Shown here: positions 1 to 6,889 of the stretch, one piece after another | Position numbering within the stretch: the first letter of the stretch is position 1 | Layout of the letters: each line of letters starts with the position of its first letter | Virus record (IMG/VR): IMGVR_UViG_3300028590_000551 | Coordinates: 1-51,509 of that record | Length of the DNA: 51,509 nucleotides | Origin: a virus | Lineage: Duplodnaviria > Caudoviricetes | Reading direction: 5' to 3' (one strand) | Notes under the pieces: model-generated | Told to the model about the DNA's origin: nothing | The model's input: the letters and a program-made list of their open reading frames with translations, nothing else | Databases searched by the model: none | Translations under genes and position numbers: made by a program

Positions 1-152
1 TCCTGCACGACGGGCGCTTCCTGCAGCGGTACCTCAACAAGGGCGTGATGACCGAGCAGCTGGAACGGGTGCCGGTATGGCGGGTGGAGCATGGGCAGCT
101 GGGGCTGCTGGGGGCTGTGGCTTGGTACAGGCAGAACCGTTTGGAGATCTGA
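1..152 (+). CDS. glk: Glucokinase, C-terminal fragment (host gene, 5' truncated by window)
   Basis: Frame from nt 3 reads LHDGRFLQRYLNKGVMTEQLERVPVWRVEHGQLGLLGAVAWY..., matching the Glk C-terminal pattern; TGA at 150-152. Confidence 0.75.
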   Translation, partial: LHDGRFLQRYLNKGVMTEQLERVPVWRVEHGQLGLLGAVAWYRQNRLEI

Positions 153-169
153 TGGGCCTTGCGTGCTGC

Positions 170-197
170 CTTTAACATAATAGGCATTAGCTTACGC
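170..197. other. attL: hybrid dif-like Xer site (intact XerD-type arm, degenerate phage arm)
   Basis: CTTTAACATAA-TAGGCA-TTAGCTTACGC. The left arm reverse-complements to TTATGTTAAAG, a XerD-type arm. The 15-bp core 175-189 is repeated at 43513-43527. Confidence 0.85.
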
Positions 198-204
198 GCT
201 AACC

Positions 205-225
205 ATCTGAATCTTCAGCGGTTTA
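205..225. repeat. Left copy of imperfect inverted repeat at prophage ends
   Basis: ATCTGAATCTTCAGCGGTTTA; its reverse complement matches 43455-43475 at 18/21 positions. Confidence 0.7.
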
Positions 226-243
226 CCGATACAGGAAACATCG

Positions 244-1200
244 GTGAACCCAGCTTCCCAACCATACAACGACGGGCCAGACCGCGCCCATCCTTGCAGC
301 ACTTCCCACGTTAAGCCCGCGCCTGGCGCGCCGCACGAAGCCGTGGTTTCCCCTGCATTTCGCTACCACGGTGGGAAGTTCCGCCTGTCGGGGTGGGTCC
401 AGCAGTTTTTCCCGCCACACGAGATCTACGTCGAGCCGTTCGCTGGCGCTGCCAGCGTGCTACTTACGAAGCCGCGGACGCAGGCCGAGGTCTACAACGA
501 CCTCGACGGGGACGTGGTCAACCTATTCCGTGTCCTGCAGAACGGCGAACAGCGTGACCGGCTGATTGAGGCCTGTTCACTGACGCCGTACGCGCGGGCC
601 GAGTTCGATCTAGCGTGGCAGGCCAGCGACGACCCCGTCGAGAGAGCCCGCCGCCTGGTGATCCGCGCGCAGATGGGCTTCGGATCAGCAGGTGCGTCGA
701 AAGGCACGACAGGGTTTCGCATTGACACCCGGCGCCGCTACGGGACGGCACAAGACCTTTGGCTGCGATTCCCGGAGGGACTGATGTCCGGCGCGTCCCG
801 CTTCACTGGGGTGCTGATCGAGAATCGCCCAGCGGTAGAGGTGATGCGGCAGCACGATAGCCCCGTCACGCTCCACTACGTTGACCCGCCATACCTCCAT
901 TCAACACGCGTCATAGCCAAGGGGAAGGCGGGCTATTACCGCCACGAAATGTCGGAGGCAGATCACGTCGCCCTGCTCGACGTGATCCTTGGGTTGCGGG
1001 GCGCAGTGCTGGTGTCTGGCTACCAGTCCCCGCTGTACGACGAAGCGCTGGCGGGATGGACGCGCCACACCACGAAATCACGCATCTCTGCTGGCAGAGG
1101 AACCGCGCTGCGCACCGAATGCCTGTGGGTCAGCCCGATCGCAGTCGCGGCCAGTTCGGCGCCGAAACAACAGCAGCTGGGCATCGAGGTCGGAGCATGA
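244..1200 (+). CDS. dam: DNA adenine methyltransferase (Dam/D12 class)
   Basis: FRYHGGK, YVEPFAGAASV SAM-binding motif, EVYND, and catalytic DPPY. Confidence 0.9.
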   Translation: MNPASQPYNDGPDRAHPCSTSHVKPAPGAPHEAVVSPAFRYHGGKFRLSGWVQQFFPPHEIYVEPFAGAASVLLTKPRTQAEVYNDLDGDVVNLFRVLQNGEQRDRLIEACSLTPYARAEFDLAWQASDDPVERARRLVIRAQMGFGSAGASKGTTGFRIDTRRRYGTAQDLWLRFPEGLMSGASRFTGVLIENRPAVEVMRQHDSPVTLHYVDPPYLHSTRVIAKGKAGYYRHEMSEADHVALLDVILGLRGAVLVSGYQSPLYDEALAGWTRHTTKSRISAGRGTALRTECLWVSPIAVAASSAPKQQQLGIEVGA

Positions 1201-2138
1201 AGGCACCGGCCACCCAGCTGTATTGGAAAGAGTGGGTGGGCGACATGGCGCTGGGGCGCTGTTCGCTCGCCGCCCAGGGCGCATGGGTGCGCATCCTGGC
1301 CGTGCTTCACCAGTCGGACGAATACGGGGTGCTGCGCTGGCCCCTGGCCGAACTGGCATCGGCCGCGAACGTTCCGCTGCGTTATGCGCGCGAATTGGCG
1401 ACAAAAAGCGTGCTGAAAGGCAGCGAACGTTTCGATACCGACTTCGTGCATACGCCGAGGCATGCGGGGCGTGATCTTCCTTCGGTGATTCTAGTGAAGG
1501 CAGACGGCGGAAGTTGTTGGTTTTCCGCGCGTTTTGTCCGCGATGAGTGGCGGCGAACGCAGCGCGGCGCCACCACACGCTTCACTGAAACGAACCAACC
1601 CAGCCGGTCACCGACCGGGCGGGTGGGTGAACGGCAAGGTGACGGCCCTGCTTTTGCTTCTGCTTCTGCTTCTTCAGGTATAGATAAATCTCTACGAGAG
1701 GATAGATCCCAAGAGGGCGCCGACGACCTGGCGCGCGCGCTTCGTGGAGTAGCGGGGTACAGCGAATGCGGGGCGTTCGTTCCCGAACTGCTGGAAGCCA
1801 AGGCGGCAGGGGTAACACCGGAGCAGATCGCCAACGTCGCACGCGAGAAGCAGGGCAAGTCGGTCGCCTACATCGCGCGTACCGCGATCGGTCGACAGCT
1901 GGACAAGCAGCAGCAGGCCAGCGAGGTACCAGGTGCGCCGGCAGTCGCCGCGGTTGACCCCGAGGCCAGGGCGCGAGCGGACGAACTCCGCGCCATCGGC
2001 GACCAGCTGATCGACCTGCGGCACCACCGTGACCACACGGGGATGCTCAGTGCCGACGACTACACCGAACGCGCGGCGCCGCTGCTGGCGCGGTGGCGTG
2101 AACTGCAGCCGGCCGCGGCGATGGGGGCTGCTTCGTGA
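1197..2138 (+). CDS. Putative phage replication initiator (winged-helix N-terminus)
   Basis: ATG overlaps the dam stop (ATGA). N-terminus PATQLYWKEW...CSLAAQGAWVRILAVLH resembles lambdoid replication-organiser proteins; low-complexity SASASS linker. Confidence 0.6.
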   Translation: MKAPATQLYWKEWVGDMALGRCSLAAQGAWVRILAVLHQSDEYGVLRWPLAELASAANVPLRYARELATKSVLKGSERFDTDFVHTPRHAGRDLPSVILVKADGGSCWFSARFVRDEWRRTQRGATTRFTETNQPSRSPTGRVGERQGDGPAFASASASSGIDKSLREDRSQEGADDLARALRGVAGYSECGAFVPELLEAKAAGVTPEQIANVAREKQGKSVAYIARTAIGRQLDKQQQASEVPGAPAVAAVDPEARARADELRAIGDQLIDLRHHRDHTGMLSADDYTERAAPLLARWRELQPAAAMGAAS

Positions 2139-2250
2139 TCCTCGCTTCCCATTCATTGCGCGCAAACACTGTTGTTACCCTTGGCGTGGAACATCCGCAC
2201 GGGCTGGCTGCATCCCTTGTGGCAGTAGGCGGAACCGCTGGACGCCCTCG

Positions 2251-2268
2251 CCGTGGAACGTTCCACGG
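2251..2268. repeat. Perfect 18-bp palindrome
   Basis: CCGTGGAACGTTCCACGG; further half-copies at 2185-2192, 2273-2278 and 2384-2394. Confidence 0.9.
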
Positions 2269-2298
2269 GCTTTGGAACAGACCGGCGATCGGGGCGCG

Positions 2299-2311
2299 TA
2301 AGTCATTGATT
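2299..2311 (-). promoter_or_regulatory. IHF consensus site
   Basis: Reverse complement AATCAATGACTTA fits WATCAANNNNTTR. Confidence 0.6.
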
Positions 2312-2475
2312 CGTAAGGGTTCTGGCGTGGTGTCCGGACCGGGGCGCTACGCGGCACCGCAGCAGGGGGGGCACCCCCCCTTTGTTCCACGGGCACCCCG
2401 AGGGGGGCGGCCCAACTACTGCCGCCTCGAAAAATGGGAAGGGTTCCCAAGGGCGACGACCCCCGGCGGTGCCGC

Positions 2476-3615
2476 GTGAACGCGCCGGACATCGCGCCAC
2501 TGCCCGATGGCGTCGCCGAAGCGCTGGCAGGGCTCCCCAATGGCCGCGAGTTGCCCGCGCACCGCGCGTGGCTGCTGGCGAGCGAACCGCGCTTCGCCGA
2601 GGTCATGCGCCGCGTGGAGCGGCGCGGCCTGCCGCCGCGCAGCCTGGCCGAACTGTGGCTGTGGCTGGTCCACCTGACCATCGACTGCGGGTCACGGCCG
2701 GCGACCACGGGGCAGTCGTACGGCCGCACGGCCGGCCGCTTCCTGGCGTGGGCCGCCTGCAACGGCATCGACTTCACGCAGGCCACGCTGGAAGACCTGA
2801 ACCGCTGGCAGCGCTGGCTGGCCGTGGAATGCAAAAACGGGAATACGTGGCGTGCACAGCAAGTGCAGGCGCTACGCAACTTTTTCGACTGGCGCCGCGC
2901 CTGCGGCCTGGCGAAGGCGAACGCGGCGGCCGACCTGCAGGGCCCGAAGGTCAAGCCGAAGCCGGCGAAGAAATACACCGACGACCAGCTGCGCGCCCTG
3001 TTCGCCGCGATCGCCAGCGCCAACCCGCTGCGGTCGGTGCGGGACCGCTGCGCCACGCTGCTGCTGCTGACCACAGGGCTGCGCCGCGAAGAGCTCGCCA
3101 GCCTGAAGCTGGCGCACCTGGAACTGAGCGCGGCACGCGGCGTCGTGCGCATCGAAGGCAAAGGGGCCAAGGAACGCGAAGTGCCATTCGAAGGACCAGT
3201 GGTCACCGCCCTGCACGAATGGCTGGCAACCCGCGACGGCCTGCCGTTCGACATCAACCGCGATGCGGTGTTCGTCGCGCTGACCGGGCCCACGCAAGGA
3301 CACGCGCTGGCGCTGCGGAGCTTCGAAGCGATGGTCGGCAAGCACGCGAAGGCGGCGAAGCTGCGCGACTGGGGTATCCATCGCTTCCGCGTGACGTTCG
3401 CCACGCAGCTGTACGACGACGGCGCGGACATCGAAACCATCCGCGCCCTGATGGGACACGAAAGCATCGAGACGACGCGCGGCTATCTCGCCGTGTCGGA
3501 GCGCGCGCGACGCACGCGCCTGAGTTCAGCGCGCCAGCACCGCGTGCTGGGAACCAAACCAACAGGCACACCCATGTGGGCGCGCCTGGCAGCAGGGGAA
3601 CTGTCGAGTGATTGA
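2476..3615 (+). CDS. Tyrosine recombinase 1 (XerC/D-like)
   Basis: TGLRREEL, GKGAKER, HRFR and MGHESIETTRGY give a full R-K-H-R-H-Y set. Start uncertain (GTG 2476 or ATG 2434). Confidence 0.92.
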   Translation: MNAPDIAPLPDGVAEALAGLPNGRELPAHRAWLLASEPRFAEVMRRVERRGLPPRSLAELWLWLVHLTIDCGSRPATTGQSYGRTAGRFLAWAACNGIDFTQATLEDLNRWQRWLAVECKNGNTWRAQQVQALRNFFDWRRACGLAKANAAADLQGPKVKPKPAKKYTDDQLRALFAAIASANPLRSVRDRCATLLLLTTGLRREELASLKLAHLELSAARGVVRIEGKGAKEREVPFEGPVVTALHEWLATRDGLPFDINRDAVFVALTGPTQGHALALRSFEAMVGKHAKAAKLRDWGIHRFRVTFATQLYDDGADIETIRALMGHESIETTRGYLAVSERARRTRLSSARQHRVLGTKPTGTPMWARLAAGELSSD

Positions 3616-3997
3616 CGAAATCCGATTCAGTGATGCCGGCGAGCGCGCCACCGAGTTTGAACGCCGGCTGGTGGCGCAAGCCGGTGCAGCGGAAAACGAA
3701 TGGCTGGACCTGGCGCGTCGCATGATGGCCGTGGTGGGTGAAGACGCCGGCCTGCGCGCCTTCCTGGTGCTGCTGGACGAAATGGGCGGCGGCGAGGTCA
3801 GCGTGTGCAAGCGCGGCAAGTTCTTCCAGCGTCTGTGGACCGCGGAGCGTGATGCGCTGATCGTCAACATGGCGTCGCGCGAATCCGACCCGTGGCCGCA
3901 GGCGGAGATCGCCCGGCTGCTGGGAGTATCCGCGCCGTACGTGCACAAGGTGCTGCGGCGGAAACTCGGGCGGGAGACGCGAGGGGGCACGGCGTGA
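3608..3997 (+). CDS. Mor/C-like transcription activator (HTH)
   Basis: GGGEVSV..ERDALI..QAEIARLLGVSAPYVHKVL follows the Mor layout (GG-strand, R-x-x-x-I, C-terminal HTH). Confidence 0.6.
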   Translation: MIDEIRFSDAGERATEFERRLVAQAGAAENEWLDLARRMMAVVGEDAGLRAFLVLLDEMGGGEVSVCKRGKFFQRLWTAERDALIVNMASRESDPWPQAEIARLLGVSAPYVHKVLRRKLGRETRGGTA

Positions 3998-4737
3998 TAC
4001 GAACCCATCCCGTGAGCAAATCCATCATCCGCGAACGCAAGCCCCTGACCGCTGCCCAGCTGCAGCAGCGGCGCGATGCCGCGAAGAAAAGCACCGGCCC
4101 ACGCACCATCGAAGGCAAGGCGCGTTCCAGCCGCAACGCGTGGAAGCACGGCTTGAACAGCGCCATCCACGTTTCGCACTTCGACAGTGGGCTGCAGTCG
4201 CTGCTGGGCGCCACCGGCAAGCCGTGCCAGACGACGTGCCCGAAGTATCCGTGTTCGCTGGTCGATGAAGGCCAGACGAAGGCGGGCGGCAGCTGTCTGG
4301 ACAAGCAGGTGTACGTGCAGGCGTTCACCGCGATCATCGACGCGCTGCAGTCAGGGAGCATGGAAGGCATGCACGGACTGATGGCGGCGGAGGTATCGGC
4401 TGCGCTGCAGATGCTGCACGAACTGCGGTCGACGGTTTCCACGCAGGGTCTTGTCATCGGCATCCCGATGGTGACCGACGAAGGCAAGGTGGTCTGCGAC
4501 GCCAAGGGCGATCCGGTCATCGGCAAGTACGTCGCCAATCCCGGCTACCCGATGATGATCAAGACACTGGAAACGCTGGGCATCAGCCTGCCGGAACTGC
4601 TGGTCACGCCACAGGCGAAGGCCAAGGCCAAGGTGCAGGAGGAAGCCACCGACGCTATGCAGACCGTGCTGGGCGGCATCTTCCAGCGCGCTGCGGCAGC
4701 AAAGGGCGCAAAGGCGCTGCCACCAGGTGGTGGCTGA
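3994..4737 (+). CDS. Putative terminase small subunit
   Basis: STGPRTIEGKARSSRNAWKHG motif (HGGxSTG-related); lies directly before terL. Confidence 0.6.
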   Translation: MIRTHPVSKSIIRERKPLTAAQLQQRRDAAKKSTGPRTIEGKARSSRNAWKHGLNSAIHVSHFDSGLQSLLGATGKPCQTTCPKYPCSLVDEGQTKAGGSCLDKQVYVQAFTAIIDALQSGSMEGMHGLMAAEVSAALQMLHELRSTVSTQGLVIGIPMVTDEGKVVCDAKGDPVIGKYVANPGYPMMIKTLETLGISLPELLVTPQAKAKAKVQEEATDAMQTVLGGIFQRAAAAKGAKALPPGGG

Positions 4738-6614
4738 TGGCGGTCAAGCCCGTCAACGTCGGCATCCTGCAGGCGCAGATGTTGGACCGCGGCGTCTACG
4801 ACGCCGACGAGTTCGATGCATGGATGGCCGAGCGCGGCTGGGCATGGCGCGCGCTTGAACGCGGCGACTACGACATCACCGTCGACGAAGCGCTGGTGGT
4901 CTTCACGTTCGAAGATCCGCTGCGCTGGGCGGAAACGTTCCTGTTCGAACCGGATACGGGGGAGCCGTATCGCTTCTGGGACTACCAGCGCCCAAGCATG
5001 CGGGCATGGATGCAGGACGTGATCCACCAGGACGGCGCCGAGTGCGGCAAGACGCGCGAGATCATCGCGCTGACGGCGTGGGCCGGCTGCACCGCCATGG
5101 GCGGGCGCGTCCCGAATCCATGGTCACTGATCGCCGCGCCCCAACAGACCCACCTGGACGAAATCATCCTGGCGCTGGAAGAGCAGTTCGGCGTGGCCGA
5201 TGGCGCCGGCCAGAAAACTCTGATCCAGCACTTCTGGCTGAAACCCAAGCGCACGCCGCACACCATGCATCGGTTCCTTGCCCCCAATCCGGTGCGACCG
5301 GACAGGCCGAGCATCGCGCGCACGTACTACCGCCCCGGCGGTCATGATGGCGAAGCGTTCCGCGGCGTCCACGTCAACGCCTTCGGTCTGTTCGACGAAG
5401 GCGCCAAGGTCAAGTCCAAAGTGATCTTCAGCGAATTCTGGCGTGCGCTGAAGCCGGGATGCCGGGCCCGCGTTTACTCCGTGCCGGACGGCGATCGCGC
5501 CAGCGAGTTTTTCCGGCTCACGCAGACCGCCGTCCCCGACCTGCCGGTCGGCAAATCGGGTTACCGCCTGTTCCGCTGGCAGCAGACGATGAAGCCGGCG
5601 CCGTTCTGGTCCGCCGAGCGCGAGGCCGAAATGGTCCGCCGCTTCGGCGGCCGCAATACGCCAGGCTTCCAGCGCAACGTGCTGGGTGAACACGGCCAGG
5701 CAGAAAACCCCGTGTGGCCGTGGGGCAGCCTGATGCCCAACGTGGTGGACCTGCCGGACTATCGCGTGATCAAGCTGCACGCCGATGCGGAGGCCGACAC
5801 GCTGTCCATCGAAGTCATGGGCGTGAAGCTGTCGGTAAGCGATGGGCGCAAGGTGGGCACGTACGACACCCTGCGCGATGACGCCATCGACCTGGCGCCT
5901 ATCCTGCGCGGTACCGACGCGACCCGTCGGGCCGCCATGGCCGATATCCTGCGACCGCATATCCCTGTCGCTGCGCACGGATCGTTCTGGGCAGGCGCCG
6001 ACCTTGGCGAGCGCAACGACCCCACGGAACTGATCGTCAGCGAAGAGGTCGGCCCGGTCATGCGCGACCGCGTTCGCGTCAAACTGCAAGGATTCCCCTA
6101 CCACCTGCAGGAAGACCTGGTCTTCGTGCTGGACAGCCTGTTCAACCACCTGCCGTTCTGGGGTGTCGACCTGGGTAGCGCAGGAACGGTGGTGGTCAAG
6201 GACCTGTGCACCGTTGACCGCTTCATGGACGCCATGTTCGATGGGCGAATGATCGGCTTCCACTTCCAGCAGAACGTCGAGTGCATCGGCGAAGACGGCG
6301 AAGCGCTGGAAGACGACGACCAACGCACCGGCGAACGGCGCACGCTGGTGGCGCCGGCCAAGCACTGGGCAACCCAGTGCATCAGCGCCCGCCTGCAAGC
6401 CGGCGGGTATGCGCTGCCATACGACAACGACGCCCTGAATGCCATGGCCACACAGACGGCGCGCGAAGGCGCCAAGTGGCCGATCTACAGCAAGAAGGAC
6501 GACCACGTGCCAGACGCCCGCCGTCAGCAGATGCTGCGCAAGCTGCGGGCACTGATCGATGACGGCCTGGGACATGACCTGTTCGCATCCGGCGCCGTCG
6601 AGCGTGCCGCATGA
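4737..6614 (+). CDS. Terminase large subunit
   Basis: Walker A-like AECGKT, Walker B GLFDE, nuclease motifs GADLG / GVDLG / DDHVPDA; 625 aa. Confidence 0.85.
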   Translation: MAVKPVNVGILQAQMLDRGVYDADEFDAWMAERGWAWRALERGDYDITVDEALVVFTFEDPLRWAETFLFEPDTGEPYRFWDYQRPSMRAWMQDVIHQDGAECGKTREIIALTAWAGCTAMGGRVPNPWSLIAAPQQTHLDEIILALEEQFGVADGAGQKTLIQHFWLKPKRTPHTMHRFLAPNPVRPDRPSIARTYYRPGGHDGEAFRGVHVNAFGLFDEGAKVKSKVIFSEFWRALKPGCRARVYSVPDGDRASEFFRLTQTAVPDLPVGKSGYRLFRWQQTMKPAPFWSAEREAEMVRRFGGRNTPGFQRNVLGEHGQAENPVWPWGSLMPNVVDLPDYRVIKLHADAEADTLSIEVMGVKLSVSDGRKVGTYDTLRDDAIDLAPILRGTDATRRAAMADILRPHIPVAAHGSFWAGADLGERNDPTELIVSEEVGPVMRDRVRVKLQGFPYHLQEDLVFVLDSLFNHLPFWGVDLGSAGTVVVKDLCTVDRFMDAMFDGRMIGFHFQQNVECIGEDGEALEDDDQRTGERRTLVAPAKHWATQCISARLQAGGYALPYDNDALNAMATQTAREGAKWPIYSKKDDHVPDARRQQMLRKLRALIDDGLGHDLFASGAVERAA

Positions 6615-6889
6615 TCGTGACCGATCACGCCCGCCAGCGATGGGAAGAGCGGTTCCCGGGCCGCGACATGGTGGCCGAGTTCACCACGTCGCGCCGACCC
6701 GGAAAAGCAACGCGGCGGAAGCTGGCCAATCAGCTGTCGGATGACACGCGCAAGCGCACGCGGGGCGTTGGGCGCTACTACCTCGTTTCCAAAGCCGGCG
6801 CCGTGTTCGTGTGCACGCCGCCGGAAACCATCATCACCACGTTTCCGCTGACCGGGAACACCGACTGGAAGACACCATGCGCATCATGA
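6611..6889 (+). CDS. Small basic protein, DUF4258/RelE-like fold suspected
   Basis: IVTDHARQRWEER N-terminus and IITTFP C-terminal strand. Confidence 0.45.
   Translation: MIVTDHARQRWEERFPGRDMVAEFTTSRRPGKATRRKLANQLSDDTRKRTRGVGRYYLVSKAGAVFVCTPPETIITTFPLTGNTDWKTPCAS

Noticed and set aside
170-197. The canonical chromosomal dif itself
   Set aside because: The spacer is TGCCTA, not the TGTATA known for E. coli and Xanthomonas dif, and a second variant site is nearby. Called dif-like; needs a whole-genome GC-skew/KOPS check.
2251-3615. Protelomerase with a telRL palindrome (N15-like linear plasmid prophage)
   Set aside because: The protein has ordinary Xer/Int motifs and size, the palindrome is only 18 bp, and the phage is integrated.
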